Assembly: GCA_951406725.2 (NCBI GenBank)
Contig: OX597819.1
Location: forward strand, 23,932,001 to 23,996,000
Direction of reading: 5' to 3'
Length of the DNA: 64,000 nucleotides
Origin: Octopus vulgaris
Lineage: Eukaryota
Positions 1-11,744 of this stretch are shown here, one piece after another. Below the pieces are notes generated by a model. That model worked only from the letters and a program-made list of their open reading frames with translations, had not been told where the DNA came from and made no database searches. The number at the start of each line of letters is the position of its first letter. Position 1 is the stretch's first letter. The translations under genes were made by a program, and so were the position numbers.

Positions 1-174
1 TTTTCGGTGACGATCTTTCAGGATCAGTTCATGAATTTCATGAGGTCTTCGTTCGTTCGTGAGGTCAACGATCGCCCTGAACGAGGTTGGTCTTCAAGCG
101 ACAAATGATCCTTCCTAAAGCGTGAAAACCGCTCGTAAACTTGTGTTTTGCTCATGGCAACATCCATGTAAGCT

Positions 175-645
175 TATTTACATTATTTACATTTGGCCTC
201 ATCTTGTTCGTTGTTAACACAACGTTCCGGCTGATATACCCTCCAACCTTCTTTACTACGCTATATGCGCACGGGCATATGGCGTAGTGGTTAAGAGCGC
301 TGGCTACTAATCCCAAGATTCCGAGTTCGATTCCAAGCAGTGACCTGAACAACAACAACAACAACACTAATAATATTAATAACAACAACAATAATAATAA
401 TAATAATAACAATAACAATAATAACAATAACAGCAATAATAATAATAATAACAATAACAATAATAATAATAATAACATCGAAAAATACCTTAGGAATAAG
501 AACCCAGGTTCGAAATTTCCCCTGAAGAAGGATGGAAGGTATATCAGCCGAAACGTTGTGTTAACAACAAAGATGACAAATATCCCTCGAATGTAAATAA
601 TGTAAATAATGTACATAATTCTTCATCTCTTAAATATAGAACTGT
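175..645 (+). mobile_element. Non-autonomous element with tRNA-like head, (AAC/AAT)n, hammerhead-like tail and upstream inverted copy of the tail
   Basis: A/B boxes TGGCGTAGTGG (~280) and GTTCGATTCC (~325). 175-253 is the inverted complement of ~525-610. 13-bp TSD ATCCATGTAA(G/A)CT at 162-174 and 646-658. Confidence 0.75.
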
Positions 646-908
646 ATCCATGTAAACTGTCTGAAGCATGACAACTGTCTCGGCCGTCGTTTTTCCCCAT
701 AGGAAACAGAATTTCTCAGAAGCACATTGTTCCTTCGTTTCAGCCATGGCAAAAGTCGACGAACAGGGGAGAAGCACTGCAAAACAAAGACGCACCAAGT
801 GGTAGTACGACCCCACCGGACGACGACGCTCGGCAGAATTATGCCTGAGGGTCGCATCAAGTGTCTTCTAGCAACGGAAGCCTGAACTCACAGAAAACGT
901 TTCCAGTT

Positions 909-1143
909 GAAAGGCAGCGAGCTGGCAGAAACGTTAGCACGCTGTGCGAAATGCTTAGCAGTATTTCGTCTGTCTTTACGTTCTGAGTTCAAATTCTGCC
1001 GAGGTCGACTTTGCCTTTCATCCTTTCGGGGTCGATAAATAAAGTACCAGTTACGCACTGGGGTCGATATAATCAGCTTAATCCGTTTGTCTGTCCTTGT
1101 TTGTCTCCTCTATGTTTAGCCCCTTGTGTGTAGTAAAGAAATA
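909..1143 (+). mobile_element. tRNA-derived SINE with Meta-type central domain
   Basis: Head GGCAGCGAGCTGGCAGAAACGTTAGC...GTTCAAATTC and core GCCTTTCATCCTTTCGGGGTCGATAAA. 17-bp TSD AGAAAACGTT(T/C)CCAGTT at 892-908 and 1144-1160. Confidence 0.9.
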
Positions 1144-1569
1144 AGAAAACGTTCCCAGTTACTTTTGGGCACTCCCTCGTATAAGCTGTTTATATACAGA
1201 CAAATGAGTTGTTTCAAGGATGTTAAATGTAGTATATTTTCCTTGTTTAAGTTAGTAAGTGAAAGGGATGAGTAAGTGGGGGAGGGGCCGGATTAAGTGT
1301 TCCGTACATTAACATGTTCTCCCAGAATGATGTAATTAATGCGGTTAATGTTCAAGATGGCCAGCCCGTAAATCATTGGATATCTCAGTGGTCACTGTTT
1401 TGGAGAACAAAGGACTGGAGAAAGGCATAAATGTAGCGTCAAGAAAGTAAGACGGGTGTAACGGTTTGACTAGGGTGGTGAGGATATGGAGTCAACTGAA
1501 TCGGAAGAAGAGTCCATGAGATAGAGGAGGTAGGAGTTTGGTGATCATTAAATCTATAAGGATTAATAC

Positions 1570-1984
1570 ACGCACGCACATATAGGCCCACACACGCAGA
1601 GGGCCACACATAGACACACACACACACGCACACACACACACAGAGGCACACATATCCTCATGTGCACACACACACATACACACACACTCACATTCTTATA
1701 TATGTGTATGCATGTTTGTATACGTATGTATATATATATATATGTGTCTGTGTGTGTGTGTGTCTGTATATATATAGGTGAGAGAGTATGTGTGAATGTT
1801 CATACAACTATATGAATATATATATACATATACATACATACATGCATACATACACACACACACATATATGTGTGTGTGTGTGTGTGTGTGTGCGTAGGCA
1901 CGTATATATATTATAGAGCATCTTTAGAATTAAGCAGGTGATTCAAAGACGAAGATTTTAAAGATCTGTGTGTCTGCAATGCAT

Positions 1985-2046
<62 letters not shown>

Positions 2047-2090
2047 ATGTGTGTGTGTGTTTGTGCATGTGAGTGTGTGTGTGCATGTTT
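1570..2090. repeat. Compound (CA)n/(TA)n/(TG)n microsatellite field
   Basis: Directly visible dinucleotide runs. Dozens of similar tracts occur across the window. Confidence 0.95.
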
Positions 2091-2622
2091 GTAGGAATTA
2101 TTTATGCAGCTTTCAGTTCAGATTATCGTACATTAGTTGAATATACTGTTTGAGTTAGTCATCAGTGACAATTACTCCAGAATGCTTTCGCTTTGTGGTT
2201 ATAAACGGTGGCAGTTACTTTCTCCCTCAGCTTTGCTGCAATTTTATGCCGAGCGCTAAACCAATGCGTAAGCTGTATCATATATGAGGGGGTGGTAAGT
2301 TCTGCCCTCACCATCCCCGTAACATTTTTTAACCTGTCTTTCAAGCTGCTTTTTTTGTTATAGGCAGCCTGCAGGTTCTAAAGTGCAATGCGCAGTTTGA
2401 TATGCAAATCTTACTCTCAAGCTGTTTGTGCAGGACTTCATCTCGGCAAGATGTCTATTTAAGTTAGCTGTTGTCACATTCCTATCACCTGTCGATCTTA
2501 ATAGTGCAAACAGCTTTGGCGTCGTCAGTGTAGCAGTGCGGCTCATTTTTGACAGGAGTTGAGGAGACCATCTACAAAGAGTGAGAATAGTAACGAACCT
2601 GATAAATAAGTTCATACATGGA

Positions 2623-2654
<32 letters not shown>

Positions 2655-2685
2655 AAACGCGCACCCACACATGTATGGAGTAGTC

Positions 2686-2727
2686 ACTACTGATGAGCTT
2701 GTAATTTTGAAGCGAAACTAGTCTAGT
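2686..2727 (+). ncRNA. Minimal type I hammerhead ribozyme motif, canonical core
   Basis: ACTA-CTGATGA-GCTT(gtaattttg)AAGC-GAAA-CTAG-TC-TAGT. Stems I, II and III all pair. Predicted GUC cleavage after 2723. Confidence 0.85.
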
Positions 2728-2833
2728 ATAGTGATCTATCTTCGCTGTGGGGTAGTTATCTCCCCTGTCAGTAAATGAACATGTGCTTTCTTGCGGCTCT
2801 AGGGGGTCTTTAACTCTTATTTCTAGCAATATA

Positions 2834-4325
2834 GGCTTACACCCACGGGTTATCAAAGCGTTGGCTCCGGTCATCTGCGAGCCCTTAACACGTCTATTCA
2901 ATATGTCATTGGCGACAGGTGTTATACCTGCGGACTGGAGAACAGCGATAATCTGCCCAATTTTCAAGAAAGGGAGCCGCGAAGACACGCTTAACTACCG
3001 ACCGGTTTCCCTTACATCAGTAATCAGCAAGATGTTCGAAACCATCCTTAAGAAAAGTATGATGCTCCACCTCCAAAACACAGCCTCCATCTCTGATTCC
3101 CAATACGGCTTCGTGCCGAAGAGATCATGCTTGACCAACTTACTGGTAATGGAAGAATTGGTGACGCGCATCCTCGATGATAGTGATGCTGTTGACATCG
3201 TTTTATTGGACTTTGCCAAAGCTTTTGACTCGGTAAACCACCGCCTATTACTTGTCAAGCTTCAAGCATATAGTTTCCATTCGGATATTGAACGATGGGT
3301 TGGTGCCTTCCTCTCAGATCGCTCCTTCCAAGTCCAAGTTAATGGTTCGCGGTCCGACGACTCCAGTGCGAGCAGTGGCGTGCCTCAAGGTTCAGTGCTT
3401 GGGCCCTTATTGTTCTTAGTCTTCATAAATGACTTGCCCGACGACCTCACGCAACACACCCTTCTATTTTCCGACGATGTATAACTGGTCGCTCCTCGCG
3501 GTGATATAGAGGATCTTCGTCGATGCCTCCACCAAATTTGGAGGTGGTCTAACGAATGGGACCTGTGTTTGAACGTGTCAAAGTGCTGTCATCTGCCTGT
3601 TGGCTCTCCTCCTGCAACTCAACTTGATTTCGAGCCGGGTCGTCTGCTGCTGGAGAAGACCGATCAGGTAAAGGACCTGGGTATCTTGGTGGATTCCTCC
3701 TTTTCGCCTTCGGCCCAGTGCGTCCATGCTGCCAACAAAGCACGCGGAATTCTGTTCTTGATTCGACGGTCATTCGGAATGCTCACAGCAGCCATATTCC
3801 TACCACTCTATGTCACGCTGGTGAGACCCATATTGGAATACGGGATTCAAGCCTCTTTTCCTTATCTCCTCAAAGACATACAGCATCTCGAAAGAGTCCA
3901 GAAGCTGGCTACCCGCATGGTTCATGGTCTCAAAAATTTGTCCTATGAAGAAAGGCTGAGGACGCTCGACCTTTATTCTCTAGAAAAACGCCGCCGCCGT
4001 GGTGATCTCATTCTCGCCCACAGCATCATAAGAGCTGTTCTTCACTCCTGCTCCAGAGCGTCGGCTGCAGGGTCATTCCGAAAAGCTCTACCTGCGACGA
4101 TTTCATCTCAATCGAAGGAGAGGAGCTTTCTCCGTCCGGGTAGCGGATCCGTGGAACAAGCTGCCAGACGAGATGGTGAAGATGCCGACAACCGCTTTGT
4201 TCAAAGCCTCCCTTGACCTCAAGTGGCCTGAACTCTTTACATGAACACCACCCTGTACTTAACTCCATGTCCCCCTACATGGCCTTGCTATTTGCTTTTG
4301 AGCCAAATTAACTAACTAACTAATT
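2834..4325 (+). mobile_element. 5'-truncated CR1/L2-clade LINE, reverse transcriptase pseudogene
   Basis: ORFs 2783-3484 and 3569-4216 contain NYRPVSLTS, QYGF, LDFAKAFDSV, GVPQGSVLGPLLF, FSDD (followed by a stop), KDLGI, LVRPILEY and RRRRGDLI. 3' tail is (TAAC)n. Confidence 0.93.
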
Positions 4326-4404
4326 AAGGTGCTATCCGGCATCCTCAGTCACAGTTAGTGACAATTGAATTTTTCCTTTTTGGTTTTATAACGCGTACAG
4401 CTGC

Positions 4405-4723
4405 CTAAACGTGGCTTAGTGGTTAGAGCATTCCACTCATGATCGTAAGGTCGTAAGTTCAATTCCCGGCGACGCGTTGTGTCCTTGAGCAAGACACTTT
4501 ATTTCACGTTGCTCCAGTCCACTCAGCTGGCAAAAATGAGTTGTGTCTGTATTTCGATGGGCCAGCTTTGTCACAATCTGTGTCATGCTGAATCTCCCTG
4601 AGAACTACGTTAAGGGTACAGGTGTCTGTGGAGTGCCCAGCCACTTGCACGTTAATTTCACGAGCAAGCTGTTCCGTTGATCGTATCAACTGGGACCCTT
4701 GTCGCCGTAACCGACGGAGTGCT
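4405..4723 (+). mobile_element. tRNA-derived SINE (head family B)
   Basis: GTGGCTTAGTGGTTAGAGC...GTTCAATTCC, then GTGTCCTTGAGCAAGACACTT. Tail shared with 62276-62660. Confidence 0.85.
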
Positions 4724-4728
4724 CCTAA

Positions 4729-4771
<43 letters not shown>

Positions 4772-4774
4772 AAA

Positions 4775-5208
4775 GGAAAATACGCACTCTTTACATAGTT
4801 TTAATATAATTTTTAATATATCGACCGGTTTTGCTATCGCTATTCATGATATTATGTTTTACTTATTTGAATATGTATTTTCTTAAGAAGACATTTTGTC
4901 CATGTTGTGTGAGATGATATTTACGAGTGACTGACTTCACAAGTAGAAATATATGCGGAGGTAATTGGTTATTGTTATTATTGTTATTGTTGTGGGCAAG
5001 GGAGATAACTGTTCAGCTTTCGGTATGGGGAAGGGAATGTATATGTACAGACAAAAACAGGTTTCGAAAAACTTGTTTAGTGAGGAGATTAATGTACAGT
5101 GATGTAATCGTGAATTGAAATATGTAAAAAGATAAAAGTTGGTTATGCGTGCATATTAAGACGTGTTCTGTATTTTTCAATGAAAAAAGTTTCTTTATTT
5201 AAACGCTT
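4775..5208 (-). mobile_element. Penelope-like element 3' end: GIY-YIG C-terminus, 3' UTR and decayed hammerhead
   Basis: Minus 5208-5143 reads KRLNKETFFIEKYRTRLNMHA*, matching the R..KE..FI.....LN end of PLE GIY-YIG domains. Decayed hammerhead ATATC-ATGA...GC-AAAA-CCGG-TC-GATAT at 4852-4818. Flanked by (TA)n. Confidence 0.65.
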
Positions 5209-5339
5209 ATATATATATAAAATTGAAGTTTTCTCTCTCTCTCTGTCTCTCTCTTTGTGTGGGTGTGGGTGTGTGTACAAAAATTTAATGTACTTCAATA
5301 ACATCTACATCTTTTATCTGATTTCGTTAAAATTATATA

Positions 5340-5810
5340 CACAGCTGCTTCATATCCCAGACACGAACATAGGCTACTTAGATTTTTTAAAATTGATATT
5401 GGGGCCTCGAGAGCGATGGGAAACCAACAATAGATGATTCCTATTCATTTGCATTATAAACTCTAGGGTCTTCCATACTTTTTAATCTTTTATAAAAAGT
5501 GAAAAGATTTTGTCTATTTATTTCCACTATCCACCAGCGACGGTGATTGAATTGACTAAGAACACTGAACGCATACATTTTCACAATTCTCAACCGATTT
5601 TCACCAAACTTTACACACACATTACTTATGTCCCCGGGATGGTCATGCACTAAACATTTCCCCAAGGTCTCCCACGTAACTGGACCTAAATGGACATAGT
5701 TTTTTGTATGTAGGGGCCTACGATATCTTTTTGATCTTTTTATAAAAATGAAAGGATTTTGTCTATTCATTTATTTCGACCTATTAAATTGACTAGGAAC
5801 ACTGTACCCA
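5340..5810. mobile_element. Fragment of non-autonomous Helitron-like repeat
   Basis: AACCGATTTTCACCAAACTTTACACACAC resembles the inner segment of the Helitrons at 14499 and 23299. Internal ~250-bp-offset duplication (5480-5570 vs 5725-5805). Confidence 0.45.
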
Positions 5811-6713
5811 ACGAATATTCAATACCAAACAATATTAATCTCCATACTTAAACTGCATTAAACCTTAGCAAGCTCACCTTTACCTATACTAAGTTACTTG
5901 AAAGGTGATGTTCTCTTCCCTCTCTTCTATTTGTTAATAGCTTTGCTTACCTACCAATGCATTGTTTCACTTTAAGGATGCTTATTTACCCATCCATTAT
6001 GATATTTCAATTGTTGTCCATTATTTCAAATACGTTTTAACATTGTCGTTCTAGCCTTTTTTAAAGCAATCTCATGTGATTCGTCCCATTGAACTAACCT
6101 TTAAATAAGGGTTTTGCTTCTGCTAGCGAAAACTACACGTATCTTCCAGAAAGCCCCACACCAATTTAATTTTATGCATCATTCGCTGTTAGCCTATGCG
6201 CAGGCTATGTGGGAAGACAGAATAAAGGGGATTTTGTTAGCTTATCTCTCTGAAGAAATAGCTCCTTTGCTGATAAAAAAAAAAAAATATTTGCATAGCG
6301 AAAATTTCAACGTCTTCCTTCAATTTCATTACGCTATACATGTGGCTGTTTCTGACAAGAAATTTCGCTTTTATATACAACAGTTGGATTTTGTAGTCAT
6401 TATCCGTAATCTGTTCTCAAAAACACATCAGTATCTCTACTTTGCATCGCTTGCAAACTTATATGTTCTATGATCATTGAAGTACAACGACCTCCACAAT
6501 AACCGACCTTCAATTTGATTCTCCGTTCCAAGGTTAATCGGAAACGTAGATTGCCGTGCGACTCATAAACCTTATCGGTTGTTCAATAATTTGGTGAAAG
6601 AAATGCCACGAAAGCAACTTAAAACGTCCAAAGGACGGGTGCGTTTGCTAGTATATATATATAATAGTATATGTATGTATGTATGTATGTATGTATATGT
6701 ATATATATGTATG

Positions 6714-6780
<67 letters not shown>

Positions 6781-7134
6781 GAAAGAAGAAAAGAAAATAA
6801 TGATAAGGAAGTTGACAATTATTATTAACAAGCTAGCTGGCCCCGTGGCGTAAAAAATGACGGCAATTGTATTATATTTATAAATAAGGTACTTTTTAAT
6901 GCCTTTTTAATATGGTTTTGTATTATATATTTATCATACATATACGTATTGTATTCCAATAAAAGTTGCAACTTTTAAATGTTTAAAAAAGTATATATAG
7001 GACTAATTTATCCAGTGCGTTTCCCATTTTAAAGACATAAATGTATGAACTGAAAGAACTTGGCTGATATTTTTAGCGGGTCCTATAACCACGAAGGGGA
7101 TCTTTTATTGAGGCGTAATAATATATGATTGTTA

Positions 7135-7522
7135 TCATTATCATCGTTTATCGCTAGGTCAACACTGCTGATCAAAGTCGATACAGAGTTACAACCTCTT
7201 CTTTATTCTTACACAGTGCATCTTATTACTTTAGGCACCCTTTTCAAGCCTAGCCAGGTTCATGGGCCCGGTCTCCCGGTTTCTATGGCGTATGTGTTAT
7301 CCCCAGTTGGACGGGACGCCAGTCCATCGCAGCGTTACTCAAGGAACAGGAAGAAAGATTGAGAGAAAGTTGGGGCGAAAGAGTACAACAGGGGTCGCCA
7401 CCACCTCCTGCCGGAGCTTCGTCGAACTTTAGGTGTTTTCGCTCAATAAACACACAGAACGTCCGGTCTAAGGATCGAAACCCCGAGTCCTCTGCCCTAA
7501 CCATTGGGCCATTGCGCCTCCA
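7135..7522 (-). mobile_element. tRNA-derived SINE (head family B, distinct tail)
   Basis: Reverse complement of TGGAGGCGCAATGGCCCAATGGTTAGGGCAG...TTTCGATCC head. Tail differs from the other family-B copies. Confidence 0.8.
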
Positions 7523-7823
7523 CCCAGCGTGTCTAGAGTTACATTAACCGATATGTTCTCAAAAAATAGACTACAGGGCTTGATTCGAAGAACATCTACC
7601 TGGTATTTCTAGTATTTCTATTGAAAGCGTATAAGTTTCCTCGTTGTTAAAAGTTATGGTGAAATAATCGTCATGCAAAATATATTAATCATACCTACTA
7701 TACAGGTCATCCCGTTACGAATGAAAGTTTAGATGTTAAGAAGTAAGCGTCATATGTTTTTCTGGGATCCATGTGAAAAATTCACGTTTCTTTTTTCTTA
7801 TGCATGCGTATACTCTTTTACTC

Positions 7824-7881
<58 letters not shown>

Positions 7882-7934
7882 TCGAAAAATACCTTAGGAA
7901 TAATAATAATGATGATGATGATGATAATACACTT

Positions 7935-8138
7935 TTATTCTTTTAGTTATTTCAGTCATTTGATTGCGTGTGGCCATGATGGAGCACCGCCTTTATAGTC
8001 AAGCAAATTGACCCCAGAGCTTATTCTTTGTAAGTATGGTACTTATTCTATTGGTCTCTTTTGCCGAACTGCTAAGTTACGGGGACGTAAACACACAAGC
8101 ATCGATTGTCAAGCGATGCTGGGGGACAAACAAACGCA

Positions 8139-8214
<76 letters not shown>

Positions 8215-8380
8215 CACGACGGGCTCCTTCCAGTTTCCGTCTACCAAATCCACTCACGAGACTTTGGTCGGACCGAGGCTATAGTAAAAGACACTTGCCC
8301 AAGGTGCCACGCACTGTGACTGAACCCAGGACCATATGGTTGGTAAGCAAACTACTTACCACACAGCCACTCCTGCGCCT
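7935..8380 (-). mobile_element. tRNA-derived SINE (family C, internal CA microsatellite)
   Basis: Head AGGCGCAGGAGTGGCTGTGTGGTAAGTAG...GGTTCAGTC, then ACCTTGGGCAAGTGTCTT. Same family as 18735, 28487, 35850 and 41935. Confidence 0.9.
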
Positions 8381-8598
8381 ATATACATACATGCATTCCC
8401 CATCCACACACATACATGCAAATATATATATGTATGTATATGCTCATATATATATATATATGTATGTATGTATGTATATATGTATGTATGTATGCATGCA
8501 TGTATGTATGTATGTATGTATGTATGTATGTATGTATGTATGTATGTATGTATTATGTATGTATGTATATATTTATGTATGCACACACACATACACAT

Positions 8599-8637
<39 letters not shown>

Positions 8638-8644
8638 CACATAC

Positions 8645-9208
8645 AAGGTAATCTTTATATCTAACTTAATATGCAGGACTTGCTAGAACGCCGAATACTG
8701 CTGTTTTAGCCTTTCGTGTTAGGGCATGATGCATAAAAGCTCAGACATATATTGTGAGAGGTACTTTAAAGGATAATACCGCAGTATTCGGCGTTGTGAC
8801 AAGACATCCGCGCTAAGATGGATACCAAGAATACCTCTTGGTACTAGTACATATTTCTGCCACGAATATTTATTTTCTGATAAGCTTTTTGACTATTTTC
8901 GACGTTAAAGGCTGACAAGATACAGAAATTCTATATATCATGGCAGCGAGATTTGGCATGTATATGGTTACTGGATGCCTGCCATTGAGGAAGCCCAGTA
9001 GACTGAAATTACGTGATCTGGCTGTTCTGACACCCACAACAAGCTATTCTCGTCCGCTACGATATATATCTGAGTTTTTATGCACCATGCACCTATATCA
9101 GAGGATCTCTCAAGGCTAATACCGCAGTATCTGGTGTTCTAACAAAAGACATCTACGTTAAGTTGGATTTAAAGATTGCTTTTTATTTGTAATACTACTT
9201 CTGTCGCT

Positions 9209-9210
<2 letters not shown>
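8645..9210 (+). mobile_element. Old Penelope-like non-autonomous element with tandem plus inverted terminal repeats
   Basis: 8646-8752 is an inverted diverged copy of 9062-9180, and 8778-8838 is a direct copy of 9112-9180. Hammerhead motif at 8981. Ends in (TA)n. Confidence 0.6.
8981..9022 (+). ncRNA. Type I hammerhead motif, slightly degenerate
   Basis: GCCA-TTGAGGA-AGCC(cagta)GACT-GAAA-TTACGTGA-TC-TGGC. Stem I is perfect, stem III is palindromic, the site is AUC, and the core has C3->U. Confidence 0.65.
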
Positions 9211-9276
<66 letters not shown>

Positions 9277-9605
9277 TTATATATAAAGAAAATGTAGGGG
9301 ATGCATCGGCCAGTAGACATTCTATTATGTCTATCTATTCTAAAACATATGGAAATATTATAAGAATACATACACATGCAAAGACTGTGTTACACACATA
9401 TGTACCAGTAATACATACAAGTGTAAAAGATCAGTTACTTGCGGCCGATTCTGCCAAGAGGCCACAATATCCTCCATGATATCTCCAACTCTTCAGTGTT
9501 CTGTAGGGATGGGTAGATAACGTTTGGATGTTGAGTGTGCCTCTAGGCTTCTTCAGGTACTATCCCTTAGTTGGTTGGCTTCCCAACCTCCAGCCTCTAG
9601 CTCTC

Positions 9606-9658
<53 letters not shown>

Positions 9659-9662
9659 TATA

Positions 9663-10023
9663 CAGAATGCGATGGGTAAATTGGCCACCTAACTCCCCAA
9701 ACTGCAGCCCGCTTGATTATTATGTGTGGGGCGCAGTTGCGCGAGAAACCAACAAAACTCCTAGTTACACAAAGATGAACTGAAGGCAAGAATTATGGCA
9801 GCACTGACCAACTTAAACAAGGAGACCATCAAGAAGAGTTGCAGGAGATTCCGAAGTCGTCTGGAGGCCGTGGTTGAAGCCAATGACAATTTTATTGAAT
9901 AAATTTACTCTATAGTATTTCAAGATATTTTTATGTAATTTTGGTAAATATATCTTTTAAAATGAGATGTCAGTGTTATTTTCATTTTTGTGTAACGTAG
10001 ACGACAATTTATTCACCGCAGCT

Positions 10024-10025
<2 letters not shown>
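9663..10025 (+). mobile_element. Internal-deletion derivative of the maT-like Tc1/mariner element at 26369-27618
   Basis: Same TIRs (CAGAATGCGATGGGTAAATTG ... CAATTTATTCACCGCAGCTTG). Keeps only the C-terminal WPPNSPNCSPLDYYVW region. TA flanks. Confidence 0.85.
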
Positions 10026-10077
<52 letters not shown>

Positions 10078-10222
10078 AAAAGCAATAAAGATTCAAGTCA
10101 ATTTTAATGAATTTACTTGAATATGGTACCTAACTTAGATGCACCAAAAAACTATACGGTTTTAACCATACAGTAATGTGGGGTGATTATAAGCGAGAAA
10201 GAAGCAACAAGAATGGATAAGT

Positions 10223-10313
10223 TTTTAGTACAATCGTTTCATACAAAGACAGGCTTTATTAAAAGTTGCAAAAATTGCAGCATATAAACGTGTCCCGTAC
10301 TCATCAGCTAAAA
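10223..10313 (-). ncRNA. Type I hammerhead ribozyme with extended stem II
   Basis: Inverted copy of 11531-11621. Confidence 0.8.
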
Positions 10314-11530
10314 TACATGTGAGTTCTCTAGACATCTTAGTGGTTGAGGCTATACTCATGAAGTAATATAGATAATTAAGTAACATAAACAGATTTCCAA
10401 AATTCATTAAAGTTCTTTAAAGATGATGCACAGTCTTATCACAGATTTTTAAAAAAGTTTTAATAGCATCACAGAGAAGGTGACTTAATCCATAGTGTAC
10501 ATATGAATTTCCAGAGATATGAGGAGGGATTACATACTCACAGACGACAAATTTATCCATGGCTAATCACAACGAGGTGGGTATCAATTCCTGCTTATTA
10601 GCATTACAGAGAGTGTGAATTAATCCTTTGTATAGGTGCACAATTTCCAATGGTGTAGATGTAAATTTCCAGAGAAATGAAGAGGAATTTCATATTCACA
10701 GACGATAAATTTATCAATGGTTGAACACAATGAGGTAGGTATCAATTCTTGCTATATGATTAGGTATTTGCCACATTAATCACAATACTGCTATTTTCAA
10801 GAGACTGTAGCTATTTGACTTTTAAAGGCTGAAGGGCTTTCTAGAGAGACCAAGAACAGAAAGGGAAGGAAAGAGAGGAAAAGAGAGAAAATAAAGGAGG
10901 AGGGAGCAAAAAGGGGGGGGAGACTAAAAGAAAAGAGAAAAGGAAAAAGAAAAAAAGAAAAAAAGAGAATAAGAAGAAGAAAAAGAAAGAAAAAAGAGAA
11001 AAGAGAAAGAAAAGAAAGAGGGAAAGAAGGGAGGGAAGAAAAAGAAAAAGAGGGTTCTAGTTATACAGAAGAATTAGTAGACGGCAAGTCTGGTTTTAAT
11101 TTGCAGGCATCTAGGAACTAGAGGAGAATATTATTCCTTGACCAGTAAAACAGCTAATTTATTGCTAACGTGACGCCGTTGAAAGCAGCTATGAATTTAA
11201 AGAGAATCTAAAGAGATAACAAGGTCAGGGGGTAGAGGTGTCAAAGGCTAAAATCAAAAGAAAATACATTAGGAAAATCTAAGTATAATCTTATCAAAAA
11301 GTCATTAAAATTTATTTATTTAATTTATTCGTTTTACTGTCTTAAGGACTATGGATTAAGTCACCTTCTCTGTGATGCTATTAAAACTTTTTAAAAAATC
11401 TGTGATAAGACTGTGCATCATCTTTAAAGAACTTTAATGAATTTTGGAAATCTGTTTATGTTACTTAATTATCTACATTACTTCATGAGTATAGCCTCAA
11501 CCACTAAGATGTCTAGAGAACTCACATGTA

Positions 11531-11621
11531 TTTTAGCTGATGAGTACGGGACACGTTTATATGCTGCAATTTTTGCAACTTTTAATAAAGCCTGTCTTTG
11601 TATGAAACGATTGTACTAAAA
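11531..11621 (+). ncRNA. Type I hammerhead ribozyme with extended stem II
   Basis: TTTTAG-CTGATGA-GTACGGGACA...TGTCTTTGTAT-GAAA-CGATTG-TA-CTAAAA. 6-bp stem I, GUA site after 11615. Confidence 0.8.
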
Positions 11622-11651
11622 ACTTATCCATTCTTGTTGCTTCTTTCTCGC

Positions 11652-11722
<71 letters not shown>

Positions 11723-11744
11723 GTTATAGCTAGGTGCTGTGGTC

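Larger units (their letters stand above)
1..1179 (-). mobile_element. Mariner transposon remnant (left TIR plus N-terminal HTH of transposase), interrupted by two insertions
   Basis: Minus strand reads MAETKEQCASEKFCFLWGKTTAETVVMLQTVYMD (~748-646), continuing AYMDVAMSKTQVYERFSRFRKDHLSLEDQPRSGR (173-~70). TIR-like end CGAGGGAGTGCCCAAAAGT is flanked by TA at 1180-1181. Confidence 0.85.
10075..11651 (-). mobile_element. Young non-coding Penelope-like element with ~304-bp inverted repeats, each carrying a hammerhead
   Basis: 10193-10496 is the near-identical reverse complement of 11348-11651. Internal diverged tandem repeat at ~10480-10760. Both ends lie in (TA)n. Confidence 0.8.

Noticed and set aside
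272-347. tRNA gene
   Set aside because: A and B boxes are present but the acceptor stem does not pair, so it is a SINE-like head. The same holds for the other SINE heads.
2162-2600. Possible minus-strand exon after a TTTGTAG acceptor, plus CTGATGA at ~2160
   Set aside because: No recognisable protein, stops in frame, and no matching stems or GAAA/NUH for the core word.
4330-4355. Minus-strand CTGAGGA-TGC(cggata)GCA next to the LINE tail
   Set aside because: No GAAA or stem III follows, even when joined across the LINE insertion.
9430-9565. Two minus-strand CTGAAGA words with hairpins
   Set aside because: GAAA and stem I/III partners are missing, so they are too decayed to call.
10225-11619. 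Duplicated 60-aa ORF MNFGNLF...
   Set aside because: A chance ORF overlapping the hammerhead in an inverted repeat, with no recognisable protein motif.
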